A stretch of DNA of 64,000 nucleotides, from contig CAXXFV010000009.1 in the NCBI GenBank assembly GCA_963674595.2, positions 64,001 to 128,000 on the forward strand. The letters run 5' to 3'. Origin of the DNA: a bacterium. Lineage in GTDB: Bacteria > Zhuqueibacterota > Zhuqueibacteria > Residuimicrobiales > Krinioviventaceae. Numbering within the stretch: the first letter of the stretch is position 1; every line of letters begins with the position of its first letter. The position numbers were made by a program, and so were the translations under genes. Positions 42,430 through 53,759 of this stretch are shown here, piece after piece. Below the pieces are notes generated by a model. That model was not told the DNA's origin and did not search any database. It saw only the letters and a list, made by a program, of their open reading frames with translations.

Positions 42430-43113
42430 TTGGTGAGTTTTAATATTATTATTGACAATAATTTCGGAAAAATATTTAATATTAATAAACCAATAGGTTG
42501 GACATCTAATGATGTTATCCGTTGGTTTAAAGGCAGGTTGCCAAAAATTAAAATTGGACACGCCGGAACTCTTGATCCTTTTGCAAACGGAATTTTACTT
42601 GTTTGTGTGGGCAAGGCCACAAAACAAGTTCCGTTTTTGATGGATGACGAGAAAGAATATATCGGCACTTTATGCTTTGGTTATGAAACAGATACACTGG
42701 ATATAAGCGGTAAAATTATTAAAAAAAGTCGTGTTCCTGAAATAAGCTGTAAAAGTTTTGTGGAGAATACGTTACAACTTTTAGGTGAAATTGAGCAGGT
42801 TCCTCCGAGGTTTTCTGCTTTAAGAGTAAACGGACAACGGTCCTATGATCTTGTTCGAAAAGGACAGGAAGTAACTTTAAAAAAACGCCGTGTATATATA
42901 CATAAATTGGAACCCATAAAGGCTTTTCATCAAATGATACAATTTCGTGTTGTCTGTTCGAAAGGGACTTATATCCGGTCTTTGGCCCGTGATATTGCCC
43001 ATGCCATGAACACTGTTGGATATTTAAAGACCTTGACACGTACCCGGAATGGATCATTTTATATTAAAGATGCTCTTTATTTGGATCAAATAATAGAATC
43101 ATCATTATTTTAA
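42430..43113 (+). CDS. truB: tRNA pseudouridine-55 synthase (short form, no PUA domain)
   Basis: KP.GWTS, GHAGTLDPFA.G, PP.FSA, CSKGTYIRSL. Confidence 0.95.
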   Translation: MVSFNIIIDNNFGKIFNINKPIGWTSNDVIRWFKGRLPKIKIGHAGTLDPFANGILLVCVGKATKQVPFLMDDEKEYIGTLCFGYETDTLDISGKIIKKSRVPEISCKSFVENTLQLLGEIEQVPPRFSALRVNGQRSYDLVRKGQEVTLKKRRVYIHKLEPIKAFHQMIQFRVVCSKGTYIRSLARDIAHAMNTVGYLKTLTRTRNGSFYIKDALYLDQIIESSLF

Positions 43114-43127
43114 GTTAAAAAAAATTA

Positions 43128-44069
43128 ATGCAAGTTTTTTGGGATTTAAATCATATATACCCAAAGAAAGACTGTATAGTCTCAGTCGGTACATATGATG
43201 GAATACATTTGGGACATCAAAAAATAGTAAACGAGCTGATAGAGAAATCCAAACAAAAGCAGCTTGTTTCAACATTGGTTACTTTTGAACCTCATCCTCA
43301 ACTTATATTAAAAAGAGCCGACAAGCCTGAAATAAAACTGTTGACAACGATTGAGGAAAAAATTGATGTTCTTGAAGCATTAGGACTTGATCGATTAGTG
43401 ATCGCCAGTTTTTCCAGTGCTTTTTCAAATATTTCGCCTGATATATTTGTCGAGTCAATATTAGTTCAAAAACTTGGCATGAAGCACATTATCATCGGCT
43501 ATGATCATTCATTTGGAAAACGACGCGCCGGAAATATAGAATTATTAAGGAATTTGGGTAAAGTTCACAATTTTGATGTGGATGTTACAAAACAAATTCA
43601 ATTAAAAAATGAAACCGTAAGCAGCACTCTTGTAAGAAGGCTGTTGCTTGAGGGAAATGTAAAACAGGCCAATATCTTTTTAGGCCGACTCTATAGCCTC
43701 AGAGGGCAGGTTATTCCGGGGCATGGAAGAGGCCGGGAATTTGGATTTCCAACAGCGAATATAAAAACCTATTCGCAGTACAAACTTGTTCCAAAATCCG
43801 GCATCTATGCAACACGTTTAAAATTAAATGAAACTTTATACAATTCTGTTACATATATAGGAAACCGGCCTACTTTAGGCCTGAAAGAAAATGTGATTGA
43901 AACACATATTTTTGACTTTGACCAGGAATTGTATAATTCAGAGATAGATTTGGAATTTGTAGATTTTATTCGAGACGATGAAACATTTCAAACAACTGAT
44001 GAACTTGTTCATCAAATAAAAGCTGATAAAAAAAAATCAATGGAACTTTTAACAATATTCTCAAGTTAA
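43128..44069 (+). CDS. ribF: Riboflavin kinase/FAD synthetase
   Basis: [30 protein letters not shown]. Confidence 0.95.
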   Translation: MQVFWDLNHIYPKKDCIVSVGTYDGIHLGHQKIVNELIEKSKQKQLVSTLVTFEPHPQLILKRADKPEIKLLTTIEEKIDVLEALGLDRLVIASFSSAFSNISPDIFVESILVQKLGMKHIIIGYDHSFGKRRAGNIELLRNLGKVHNFDVDVTKQIQLKNETVSSTLVRRLLLEGNVKQANIFLGRLYSLRGQVIPGHGRGREFGFPTANIKTYSQYKLVPKSGIYATRLKLNETLYNSVTYIGNRPTLGLKENVIETHIFDFDQELYNSEIDLEFVDFIRDDETFQTTDELVHQIKADKKKSMELLTIFSS

Positions 44070-44085
44070 TATCTGGAGGATTTTA

Positions 44086-44355
44086 ATGCCTATTACAAAA
44101 GAACAAAAGGTTGATTTAGTAAAAACCTATGGAAAAAACGAGCATGATTCTGGAAACGCTGAAGCTCAGGTAGCTATTTTGACTGCTCGTATTAACGATT
44201 TAACAAAACACTTTAAAACCAATCCTAAAGATCATCACTCCCGTCGTGGACTTTTAAAGTTAGTTGGCCGACGTCGCAGACTCTTGGATTATATTAAAGC
44301 AAGAGACATCGAACTTTATCGATCTTTAATTGGTAAATTAGGTATAAGAAGGTAA
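44086..44355 (+). CDS. rpsO: 30S ribosomal protein S15
   Basis: [31 protein letters not shown]. Confidence 0.98.
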   Translation: MPITKEQKVDLVKTYGKNEHDSGNAEAQVAILTARINDLTKHFKTNPKDHHSRRGLLKLVGRRRRLLDYIKARDIELYRSLIGKLGIRR

Positions 44356-44435
44356 GCGATAATACCCTCTATTGTGTTTTTATATCGATAATAGCCGGGC
44401 ATGCAGTGTTTCTGTGAAGAAAGGAGGAATGATTA

Positions 44436-45386
44436 ATGATTGATGTGCAACATGTCAGTCGATTCTTTGGCGATGTCATGGCCGTTGATGATGTATCTTT
44501 TCAGGTTGAAAAAGGCGAAATCGTTGGTTTTTTAGGACCAAACGCTGCCGGAAAAACTACGACGATGCGTGTATTAACGACTTATTTACCTGCAACATCA
44601 GGTACGGCCAAAGTTGCAGGTTTCGATGTACATGACCAATCTATGGAAGTCCGAAAAAGAATAGGCTATCTGCCCGAACAACCTCCGCTTTATCTGGAGA
44701 TGCGGGTAAAAGATTATCTTGATTTTGTTGCAAAAATTAAAGGCGTAGACACAAAGCAAAGAAAAAGTGCTGTGGATGCTGCCATGTCAAAAGCTGCTGT
44801 ACAAAATGTTCAAGATCGTGTAATTAAAAACCTTTCTAAAGGATATAAACAACGTGTTGGGCTGGCTCAGGCAATTGTACATAATCCTGATGTTCTGATC
44901 TTAGATGAACCAACCGTGGGATTGGATCCAAAACAAATTATTGAAGTACGTGAGTTGATTAAAAGTCTTGCCGGAGAGCATACTATTATTCTCAGTACAC
45001 ATATTTTACCGGAAGTTAGTATGACATGTGAACGTGTTGTTATTATTAACAAAGGTAAAATTGTAGCTGAAGATAAACCGACAAATTTAACCAAAAATCT
45101 GACAGGCACAAAAAGATATATGATGTCTGTTGGCGGGCCCGTAACTGAGATTACTCAGGTACTTGGAAATATTCAAGGTGTACAAAAAATAGAAAATGAT
45201 AATAAAGCAAATACGGACGAACCCGGCACATTCTTTATAGAATCAAATGCTGACACTGAAATTCGTCCTATATTAGCAAAAAATATTATTGATAATGGGT
45301 GGTCCTTGTTTGAGTTAAAATCTGAGGATATCAGTCTGGAAGATGTCTTTCTGCAATTAACGACAAAAGAGGAGGGAACCGCCTGA
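44436..45386 (+). CDS. ABC transporter ATP-binding protein, GldA-like
   Basis: GPNAAGKTT, LSKGYKQRVG, LDEPTVGLDP, LSTHILPEV. Confidence 0.88.
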   Translation: MIDVQHVSRFFGDVMAVDDVSFQVEKGEIVGFLGPNAAGKTTTMRVLTTYLPATSGTAKVAGFDVHDQSMEVRKRIGYLPEQPPLYLEMRVKDYLDFVAKIKGVDTKQRKSAVDAAMSKAAVQNVQDRVIKNLSKGYKQRVGLAQAIVHNPDVLILDEPTVGLDPKQIIEVRELIKSLAGEHTIILSTHILPEVSMTCERVVIINKGKIVAEDKPTNLTKNLTGTKRYMMSVGGPVTEITQVLGNIQGVQKIENDNKANTDEPGTFFIESNADTEIRPILAKNIIDNGWSLFELKSEDISLEDVFLQLTTKEEGTA

Positions 45387-46171
45387 TGAAAAATTACTTG
45401 GCTATTTTTCAAAGAGAGACGAAATCTTATTTTTCATCTCCAATCGCTTATGTAGTCATCGGTCTCTTTGTATTATTATCCGGTGTCTTTTTTTACTTGA
45501 TTCTTTCGAATTTTGTAGAAATGTGCATGCGTGCTGATATGCAGGCACAATATTATAGAATGGCTCCACCGAAAATGAATGTAAATATGATGGCTATTCG
45601 CCCGGTTTTACATAATATGAGCCTGTTTGCATTGTTTTTTATTCCATTAATTACAATGCGTTTGTATACGGATGAAAAACGGACCGGTACATTAGAACTG
45701 TTATCCACGTCTCCGGTTACTAATTTACAGGCTATTTTGGGTAAATTTTCAGCCGGTGCATTATTGTTTTTGGTTATGCTGGCGTCCAGTTTTCTATTCA
45801 TCATTGTAACATTTATCTTTGGTAAACCTGAAATTGGACCTGTATTAACCGGATATTTGGGACTGTTTTTGTTAGGGCTTTCTTATATTTCATTCGGCCT
45901 GTTTTTTTCAACATTAACAGATAACCAAATTATTGCTGCCGTTAGTACCGTTACTTTTATTTTATTCTTTTGGGCAATAGGATGGTTTGCCAATTATCTT
46001 GGTCCACAGATTGGGCAAGCTTTATCCGGTTTTTCTCTAATTGATCACTTTGACGATTTTTCTAAAGGTGTTCTTGATACAAAACATATTGTCTTTTATC
46101 TAAGTTTTATTTCGATGGGTTTGTTCCTTTCATATATATCTATTGAATCCGCAAGATGGAGGGGCAGATGA
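45386..46171 (+). CDS. ABC-2 permease, GldF-like
   Basis: RE.KSYF.SPIAY, P.ITMRL..DEKR.GTLELL.T.P, T.NQIIA. Confidence 0.88.
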   Translation: MKNYLAIFQRETKSYFSSPIAYVVIGLFVLLSGVFFYLILSNFVEMCMRADMQAQYYRMAPPKMNVNMMAIRPVLHNMSLFALFFIPLITMRLYTDEKRTGTLELLSTSPVTNLQAILGKFSAGALLFLVMLASSFLFIIVTFIFGKPEIGPVLTGYLGLFLLGLSYISFGLFFSTLTDNQIIAAVSTVTFILFFWAIGWFANYLGPQIGQALSGFSLIDHFDDFSKGVLDTKHIVFYLSFISMGLFLSYISIESARWRGR

Positions 46172-47721
46172 TAAACAAATACGCACATTTAGGTGGTCTT
46201 GCCGGACTTGCTCTTGTCCTGCTCGGCCTGATAATATATTCTATCAATTCAGTTTTTACTGTTGTTACCAATGTTTTAATTATTGTTGGTGCAATATTAT
46301 TAATCGCATTTATCGTTTTAAAATTTAAAACCATAAAACAAGGAATGACAAGTCGATCCGCAAAGTTTGGAAGTAATGCGGCTTTGTTAATTATTTTCGT
46401 TTTTGGTATTATTATTATTGTTAATGTTTTACTCAGTCGATTCTCTTATCGTGTCGATACAACTTCTGCAAAAATTTACAGCCTTGCAGAACAAACAACA
46501 AAAGTTTTAAGAAATTTGGATAATGATGTTAAAGTTATCGGGTTTTTTAAAACAGGTTCTGCCCAGCAAATAGAAGAATTATTGTTGGAATATTCCAATG
46601 TTTCTTCACGCTTTAAATACGAACTTGTCGATCCGGATAAAAAACCTGGGCTGGCAAAGCGTTATGGTATAAAAGCCTATGGAACGCTTGTTGTCGAAAG
46701 TAACGGCAAAGAAGAGAAAATTGAAAAATCCTCTGAGGAAGAAATAACAAATGCCTTAATTTCTGTAACCAGAGATGGTATTAAAAAAGTATATTTTACA
46801 ACTGGTCACGGAGAAAAAGATCTTGAAAATGAAGACAAGGCAGGTTTTAGTGCGGCAAAAGCGGCTGCAGAAGATGAAAACTATGTTATAGAAACAATAT
46901 TGTTGGCCGAACAGGATTCCATTCCATCAGACTGCTCTGTTTTGGTCATCGCAGGCCCGCAAAGCGACTTTTTTCAAAAAGAGCTGGACATGGTTGACAG
47001 TTATTTGGAAAAAGGCGGAAAACTTTTGTTAATGCTTGATCCGGGTGCTGCTAATGGATTTGTAAAATTTTTGACGTTCTGGGGTCTTGATGTTGGAAAC
47101 GACATTGTTGTTGATGCATCCGGTGTTGGTCAGTTGTTTGGTGCCGGTCCAACAATTCCCATTGTTTCGCAATATGAAGATCATGTGCTGACTAAAGATT
47201 TTAATGTTATGACATTTTATCCTGAAGCACGTTCCATTTCAAAAGCAGAATATGCTCCCAAGGGTGTTACCGCAACAGAACTGGCAAAAACCAGTCCAAG
47301 AAGCTGGGGTGAAACATCATCCCTAACTTCCGGTAAAATAGCCTTTGATGAGGGAAAGGACCTGCAAGGACCGGTCAATATTTTAGCTGTTGTTGAAAAG
47401 GATGCGGCAAAGGCTGCTAAAAAAGAAGACAAGTATAACCTTGGAACTTCAACAACCAAAGCACGACTCATTGTTTTTGGTGATTCTGATTTTGCAAGCA
47501 ATTCCTATTTCAGCGTCCAGGGAAATGGTAATATGTTTATGAATTCAATTAGCTGGTTGGCGGAAAATGAAGACTTGATTGCTATCCGTCCGCGTGACCC
47601 TGAGGACAGGCGGCTTAACCTGACTAAAAAACAATCAAAAATGATCCTTTATTTTGGTGTTATTTTACTTCCCTTGGTTGTTTTTGTAATCGGAATTGTT
47701 GTATATCGTAAAAGAAAATAG
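46168..47721 (+). CDS. GldG-like ABC auxiliary component
   Basis: D.T....YSL, YFTTGHGE, LVIAGP, GDSDF.SN, N...WL; ATGA overlap with the permease. Confidence 0.85.
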   Translation: MINKYAHLGGLAGLALVLLGLIIYSINSVFTVVTNVLIIVGAILLIAFIVLKFKTIKQGMTSRSAKFGSNAALLIIFVFGIIIIVNVLLSRFSYRVDTTSAKIYSLAEQTTKVLRNLDNDVKVIGFFKTGSAQQIEELLLEYSNVSSRFKYELVDPDKKPGLAKRYGIKAYGTLVVESNGKEEKIEKSSEEEITNALISVTRDGIKKVYFTTGHGEKDLENEDKAGFSAAKAAAEDENYVIETILLAEQDSIPSDCSVLVIAGPQSDFFQKELDMVDSYLEKGGKLLLMLDPGAANGFVKFLTFWGLDVGNDIVVDASGVGQLFGAGPTIPIVSQYEDHVLTKDFNVMTFYPEARSISKAEYAPKGVTATELAKTSPRSWGETSSLTSGKIAFDEGKDLQGPVNILAVVEKDAAKAAKKEDKYNLGTSTTKARLIVFGDSDFASNSYFSVQGNGNMFMNSISWLAENEDLIAIRPRDPEDRRLNLTKKQSKMILYFGVILLPLVVFVIGIVVYRKRK

Positions 47722-47728
47722 TAACTTT

Positions 47729-47757
47729 ACAAGGCTTCTTTTTAGAAGCCTTGTTTT
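47729..47757 (+). terminator. Intrinsic terminator
   Basis: ACAAGGCTTCT-TTTT-AGAAGCCTTGT followed by Ts. Confidence 0.65.
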
Positions 47758-47838
47758 AATATAAGCATATGATTATTCATTTGTATTTTGTAAATTATCC
47801 TTTAGTCTTGAGTTAATAAAACTGGGAGAATCGGAAAA

Positions 47839-49194
47839 ATGAATTTTAAAAAAACACTCTTAATCGGCGTTATTTTTGGGCTCAGCGTCTTGGGAGTCGT
47901 TTTATTAAATAAACAAGATAAAAAGAATAAAGAAATTGAAGAGAGTGAAGCCAAACTTTTAAATGTTGAAAAAGAAAAATTTACTAGTGTAGCTTTATAT
48001 CCATTGGGCATCCATGCTGTTAAAACAGGAGAAGAGTGGAAATTAATTGAACCTTTTGAAACAGATGCTGATAAGAGCGCTATTGAAGCTATCCTGAATA
48101 TTTTTAGTTGGGCAAAACTTGAACGTACTGTTTCTTCTGATCAAACGGAATATACGGATTTTGGTTTAAACCCTGAATACGGGAAAATGGTCCTAACTTA
48201 TGAAGGCGGTGCCGATACACTTTACATTGGTGATTCCAATCCAACCGGTTCGTTTCTTTTTGCACGCCGTGGTGGTTCTGATGTGGTTTTTTTAACTACA
48301 ACAAGTTTACGAACTCAGTTGGAAAAATCGTTGTTTGATTATCGTGATAAACGAGCGCTTGTTTTTAATAAAGACCAGGTAACAGCTTTTGATATTAAAA
48401 CATCAAAAAATACCTATTCTCTTGCAAAAAACGGAGCACAATGGGACCTTTTATCACCACTTGAGGATAAAGCCGATGATGGTAAAGTACAGGGTGTTAT
48501 AAACCGGATTGCAAATACACGTATCAAAGAATTTGTTGATGAAAATCCAAAATCATTAGCAACCTACGGCCTTTTAAAGCCAAACTATACAATTGATGTT
48601 TTTATTGGTAGCGAAAAAGCAAAAAAAACTTTATATATAGGCAATGCAAAGGCGAAACAGTTTTATGCAAAGGATGAAACCAGAAAACCTGTTTTTCTTT
48701 TAGATTCGTCATTTGTAAATATTTTTAAAGCCCCGGTTTCTGATTATAGAAATAAAAAGATAACTGACTTTAAAGAAGCAGATATTGCAAGATTTGAATT
48801 AAATTATTCTGATACGACAATTGTTTGTACAAAAGATTCTAACGGAAAGTGGGTGCTGGTTGAACCGGTAAAAAATAAGACAAAAAGCTGGAAGATTTCA
48901 GCTATTACATCAGCCGTGGCAAATTTAAGAGTTGAAAAGTTTGTTGACAAAAAAGGTTCTTTACGACAATTTGGTTTGTCTAAACCTTCTGTTATTGGGA
49001 CTTTTTATGACAATTTTGGAAATATTCTTTTAAAATTAGAGCTTGGCAAAATAAATAAAGATAATGTATACGCTAAAAAAGCGGATTTAAACGAAATATA
49101 TTTAGTTAATAAAGGCGTTATGACCAAATTGACGTCAAAAATTGATGAAATATCTGAAATTCAAAAAGATAGTTCATCAGAGGCAACTAATTAG
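47839..49194 (+). CDS. DUF4340-type repeat protein
   Basis: N-terminal TM; three repeats of W.L..P...AD...(F/Y)GL..P...L.(I/L)G. Confidence 0.8.
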   Translation: MNFKKTLLIGVIFGLSVLGVVLLNKQDKKNKEIEESEAKLLNVEKEKFTSVALYPLGIHAVKTGEEWKLIEPFETDADKSAIEAILNIFSWAKLERTVSSDQTEYTDFGLNPEYGKMVLTYEGGADTLYIGDSNPTGSFLFARRGGSDVVFLTTTSLRTQLEKSLFDYRDKRALVFNKDQVTAFDIKTSKNTYSLAKNGAQWDLLSPLEDKADDGKVQGVINRIANTRIKEFVDENPKSLATYGLLKPNYTIDVFIGSEKAKKTLYIGNAKAKQFYAKDETRKPVFLLDSSFVNIFKAPVSDYRNKKITDFKEADIARFELNYSDTTIVCTKDSNGKWVLVEPVKNKTKSWKISAITSAVANLRVEKFVDKKGSLRQFGLSKPSVIGTFYDNFGNILLKLELGKINKDNVYAKKADLNEIYLVNKGVMTKLTSKIDEISEIQKDSSSEATN

Positions 49195-49288
49195 GTTGTA
49201 ATTATCAACCCGATTGTTATTCGGCATAATAGTTTAGACTGTCAAATGAGTCGGGATTACTAAATATTCTCTGAATATTGGAGGATGA

Positions 49289-51376
49289 ATGATTTGTAAA
49301 AAAGAAATAGAATTCGGTGGAAGCAAGTTTATCATTGAAACTGGTCGAATTGCAAAACAGGCACATGGTGCCGCCTGGGTACAAATGGGTGATACCGTTG
49401 TCCTGGCTGCAGTTTGTAGATCCAGATCTGAGCTGGAAGGTGTAGATTTTTTCCCACTTCAAGTGGAATATCGTGAAAAAACCTATGCCGTTGGAAAAAT
49501 TCCAGGTGGATTTATCAAGCGTGAAGGCCGACCCAGTGAAACCGAAATTCTTAGCGCCCGACTTATTGATAGACCCATCAGGCCCCTTTTCCCTGATGGA
49601 TTTACCTATGAAATTCAGATTATTGTCAATGTGCTTTCTTCTGATCGGCAAAATGATGCAGATGTGCTGGGAATAACAGCCGCTTCTGCTGCCTTGTCTC
49701 TATCAGAAATTCCTTTTGAAGGCCCTATTGCCGGTGCACGTGTTGGACGTATTAATGGTGAATTTGTAATAAACCCAACATATGAGCAACGTGCAGAAAG
49801 TGACCTCGATTTGGTCATAGCTGGTTCAAAAGATTCCATTTCAATGGTTGAAGGTGAGGCTTTGGAACTTTCTGAAGAGGAAATGTTAGCTGCCCTGGAA
49901 TTTGGACACAAAGAAATCCAAAAATTAATTGAATTACAGGAGAGTATGCTGCCTGAGGCCGGTAAACCAAAAATGGAACTGGCTGAAAAGGAAGATTTTA
50001 CACCACTGGCTGATAAAGTTAAAGAACTTTGTTACAGCAAGTTACAGGAAAGTTTAAGAATCGCTGATAAAGAAACGCGAAATACTTCTCTTTCCGAAAT
50101 TCAAGATCAGGTTATTCAGGCTTTGGAAGAAGAATTCCCGGAACATGAAAAAAAGATCGGTGGAATTATTCACGATTTTGAAAAGGAAATTATCCGGCAG
50201 ATGCTTGTGAATGATAATATCCGGCTTGATGGAAGAACACCTGACGAGATTAGAAATATTGACATTGAAGTTGGTGTTTTGCCCCGTGCTCATGGTTCTG
50301 CCTTGTTTACTCGTGGGCAGACGCAGTCATTAGCTGCAACCACACTTGGAACAAAAGTTGACGAACAGCGTATTGAAGGGCTGGAAGGTGAATTTTGGAA
50401 AAACTATATGCTTCATTATAATTTTCCGCCATTCAGCACTGGTGAGACAAAACCATTACGTGGAACCAGTCGTCGTGAAATCGGTCATGGAAATTTGGCA
50501 GAAAGAGCGATAAAACCTACCATACCGACGGATAAAGTTTTTCCATATACCATCCGAATTGTTTCCGATATTATGGAATCTAATGGTTCTTCATCTATGG
50601 CTTCTGTCTGTGCTGGTTCTCTTTCTTTAATGGATGCCGGTGTACCGGTTAAAAGTCCTGTAGCCGGAATTGCTATGGGCCTGGTTAAAGAGGATGATAA
50701 AGTTGTTGTTCTTACTGATATTCTTGGTGACGAAGATCATTTCGGTGATATGGATTTTAAAGTTGCCGGAAATGCGGAAGGTATAACTGCTTTTCAAATG
50801 GATATTAAAATTAAGGGCATTTCAACAGAAATTATGAAAGAAGCTTTGGAAAAAGCTAAAAAAGCTCGTCTTTTTATCCTTGATAAAATGAACAAGGTTA
50901 TTTCTGTTCCACGCGACCAACTCTCTACATACGCACCGAGAATGTTAACACTTAAAATAAATCCGGATGCTATCGGAAGCGTTATAGGACCGGGAGGTAA
51001 AACGATCCGTGAAATAACTGAACGGACCGGAGCAACGGTTGACATTGATGATGATGGAACCGTTACGATAGCTTCTGTTTCCTCTGAGGCCGGCGAAGAA
51101 GCTTACAAAATCATAAAGTCAATCACCGCTCAACCGGAAGTCGATGAAATTTATACAGGCAAAGTCAAACGAATTATGAACTTTGGCGCTTTTGTGGAAA
51201 TTCTTCCTGGTAAAGAAGGCCTTGTTCATATTTCACAAATTGACCACACCCGTGTAAATAAGGTCGAAGATGTTTTGAAAATCGGAGACGAAGTTACGGT
51301 CAAGGTTATCAAGATTGATGGAGAGGGCCGAATCGATCTAAGTCGTAAAGCACTCTTGCCACAAGAAGAAAAATAG
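49289..51376 (+). CDS. pnp: Polynucleotide phosphorylase
   Basis: RLIDRPIRPLFP, FTRGQTQ, RREIGHG, ESNGSSSMAS, DMDFKVAG, KH and S1 domains. Confidence 0.98.
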   Translation: MICKKEIEFGGSKFIIETGRIAKQAHGAAWVQMGDTVVLAAVCRSRSELEGVDFFPLQVEYREKTYAVGKIPGGFIKREGRPSETEILSARLIDRPIRPLFPDGFTYEIQIIVNVLSSDRQNDADVLGITAASAALSLSEIPFEGPIAGARVGRINGEFVINPTYEQRAESDLDLVIAGSKDSISMVEGEALELSEEEMLAALEFGHKEIQKLIELQESMLPEAGKPKMELAEKEDFTPLADKVKELCYSKLQESLRIADKETRNTSLSEIQDQVIQALEEEFPEHEKKIGGIIHDFEKEIIRQMLVNDNIRLDGRTPDEIRNIDIEVGVLPRAHGSALFTRGQTQSLAATTLGTKVDEQRIEGLEGEFWKNYMLHYNFPPFSTGETKPLRGTSRREIGHGNLAERAIKPTIPTDKVFPYTIRIVSDIMESNGSSSMASVCAGSLSLMDAGVPVKSPVAGIAMGLVKEDDKVVVLTDILGDEDHFGDMDFKVAGNAEGITAFQMDIKIKGISTEIMKEALEKAKKARLFILDKMNKVISVPRDQLSTYAPRMLTLKINPDAIGSVIGPGGKTIREITERTGATVDIDDDGTVTIASVSSEAGEEAYKIIKSITAQPEVDEIYTGKVKRIMNFGAFVEILPGKEGLVHISQIDHTRVNKVEDVLKIGDEVTVKVIKIDGEGRIDLSRKALLPQEEK

Positions 51377-51387
51377 TATATACTAAT

Positions 51388-52626
51388 ATGAAAAATCCTC
51401 ATATAAAAAGAACAGTTTTAGAAAATGGCATTCGAATAATTACCGAACGGATGCCATTTGTTCGTTCTGTTGCTATTGGGGCCTGGATTAAGACTGGTTC
51501 CGGTGATGAAACAGAACAAAACAATGGAATTTCTCATTTTCTGGAACATATGCTCTTTAAAGGAACCGAAAAAAGATCTGCTTTTGAGATTGCTGAAGGT
51601 TTGGAATCCCTGGGTGGAAGTATTAACGGTTCCACAGGTAAAGAATTAAGTTTGTATAATGTTCATGTGTTGGATGAAAACACGGAAACGGCTGTTGATA
51701 TTTTAACAGACTTGATTCAAAACCCAAAAATTACTGAAAAAGACCTGGAGCTTGAAAGAAACGTTATCCTTTCGGAAATTAGCCATTCCATGGAAGATCC
51801 CGAAGAGTTTTTACTCGATCACTTTTACTACAATATCTATTCTCCGCACCCGCTTGGTTTTTTTATTTATGGAAAACCAGAAAATGTCGCCCGTTTTTCA
51901 AGCCGTGAAATATACGAATATTTTGAATCAAAATATATTCCTCAAAACATTGTCTTTTCCGCATCCGGTAATATTGAACATGATCGTTTTGTTGATCTGG
52001 TCCAAAAATATTATATCAAAAATAAAAATGCAAATTTGCAATCAAATGCTTGTAGTCTTGCGGAAAATTATGTAAATTATTGCGAACTTGAAGTACAGTC
52101 ATTACAACAGGCCCATATTTGTATCGGGACGAGAACCTGTGGAGTTAATGACGAAAAAAAATATGCAACAATCTTATTGGAACTAATCCTTGGCGGTGGA
52201 ATGAGCTCAAGACTTTTTCAAAATATTCGGGAAAAGTATGGATTTGCCTATAATGTCTATAGCTTTACGGACATTATGGCAGGGACTGGTGTTTTGGGCG
52301 CCTACATGGCCTGCAAAGAGTCCAAGGTTGTACAGTCAATTAGACTTTTGCGTGAAGAATTTAACAAAATGATTGAAGAACCGATTCCGGAAGAAGAGCT
52401 GGAACGCGGTAAATCACATATTAAAGGTAATATCATTCTTGGCTTGGAAAGCAGCAGCCGACGCATGAGAAAAAACGGTGAAACCGAAATTTATAATGGA
52501 ATGCACCTGACGCTTGAAGAGACACTTGATAAAATTGACAACATCACGTCTGCAGATATTCAAAATATAGCTTCGGATGTTTTTATGAATAATAAATTAA
52601 ATATAACAGTTCTCTTACCAAAATAA
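51388..52626 (+). CDS. M16 family zinc peptidase
   Basis: HFLEH (HxxEH), LGGGMSSRLFQNIREK; usual position after pnp. Confidence 0.92.
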   Translation: MKNPHIKRTVLENGIRIITERMPFVRSVAIGAWIKTGSGDETEQNNGISHFLEHMLFKGTEKRSAFEIAEGLESLGGSINGSTGKELSLYNVHVLDENTETAVDILTDLIQNPKITEKDLELERNVILSEISHSMEDPEEFLLDHFYYNIYSPHPLGFFIYGKPENVARFSSREIYEYFESKYIPQNIVFSASGNIEHDRFVDLVQKYYIKNKNANLQSNACSLAENYVNYCELEVQSLQQAHICIGTRTCGVNDEKKYATILLELILGGGMSSRLFQNIREKYGFAYNVYSFTDIMAGTGVLGAYMACKESKVVQSIRLLREEFNKMIEEPIPEEELERGKSHIKGNIILGLESSSRRMRKNGETEIYNGMHLTLEETLDKIDNITSADIQNIASDVFMNNKLNITVLLPK

Positions 52627-52642
52627 TTTTACGGAGGTTTCC

Positions 52643-53755
52643 ATGTTAATTGGTGTCCCTACTGAAATTAAAACAAATGAAAACAGAATTGCTTTGGTGC
52701 CGGCCGGCGCTGAAATTTTAAAACGAAACGGGCATTCTGTAATGGTTCAAAAAGATGGTGGTTTTGGCAGTGGCTTTACAAATGAAGATTATGAAGCTGC
52801 TGGTGCAGAGATTGTAAATACGGCTGAGGAAATATTTGATCGTGCTGATATGATCATGAAGGTTAAAGAACCTTTGCCGCAAGAATATGCTTTAATTAAA
52901 GAAAATCAAATAGTTTTTACTTATTTCCATTTTGCCGCTGCTGAAGATCTCACAATGGCAATGATTAAAAGCAAAGCCAAATGTATTGCTTATGAAACTG
53001 TTGAAACAGCCGATGGCAGTTTACCGTTACTCATCCCTATGAGTGAAGTTGCCGGTAGAATGGCTGTTCAGGAAGGCGCCAAATATTTGGAAAAGTTTTT
53101 TGGTGGGAGAGGTTTGTTGTTAGGTGGTATCCCCGGTGTTAGACCAGCTTCTGTTGTTATTTTAGGTGGTGGTATTGTTGGTACAAATGCTGCAAAAATG
53201 GCTGCCGGTATGGGAGCAAATGTTTCAATTTTAGACCTTGATTTGAATCGTCTCAGATACCTGGATGACGTAATGCCAAAAAATGTAGCAACAATTAAAT
53301 CAAATCCTTATACAATTCGGGAAGCAATATCTACAGCAGATTTGGTTGTCGGTGCTGTTTTAATAGCCGGTGCTAAAGCTCCTCATTTAATTACACGTGA
53401 CATGCTCAAATTTATGCCAAAAGGTTCAGTTATCGTTGATGTTGCTGTTGATCAGGGCGGATGTGTTGAAACAATTCGTGCCACAACCCATCAGGACCCA
53501 ACCTATGTTGTTGACGGCGTCATTCATTATGGTGTTGCCAATATGCCGGGTGCCGTACCAATGACATCTACTATCGGTCTGACAAATGCAACATTACCCT
53601 ATGCCGTACAGATTGCCAATATGGGCTATGTTGAGGCATGCAAGGCTAATGACGAAATTGCAAAAGGTGTAAATATTATAGATGGTAAAGTTACCTATAA
53701 AGGTGTTTCAGATGCATTTGGACTGGAATACACACCATTGTCTCAGGTGATATAA
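52643..53755 (+). CDS. ald: Alanine dehydrogenase
   Basis: GVP.EIK.NENR, KVKEP, PMSEVAGR, DVAVDQGG, VANMPGAVP. Confidence 0.96.
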   Translation: MLIGVPTEIKTNENRIALVPAGAEILKRNGHSVMVQKDGGFGSGFTNEDYEAAGAEIVNTAEEIFDRADMIMKVKEPLPQEYALIKENQIVFTYFHFAAAEDLTMAMIKSKAKCIAYETVETADGSLPLLIPMSEVAGRMAVQEGAKYLEKFFGGRGLLLGGIPGVRPASVVILGGGIVGTNAAKMAAGMGANVSILDLDLNRLRYLDDVMPKNVATIKSNPYTIREAISTADLVVGAVLIAGAKAPHLITRDMLKFMPKGSVIVDVAVDQGGCVETIRATTHQDPTYVVDGVIHYGVANMPGAVPMTSTIGLTNATLPYAVQIANMGYVEACKANDEIAKGVNIIDGKVTYKGVSDAFGLEYTPLSQVI

Positions 53756-53759
53756 TTTA

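Noticed and set aside
49217-49651. 144-aa antisense ORF over pnp (and similar shadows over nusA, infB, truB)
   Set aside because: Shadow ORFs on the opposite strand of conserved genes
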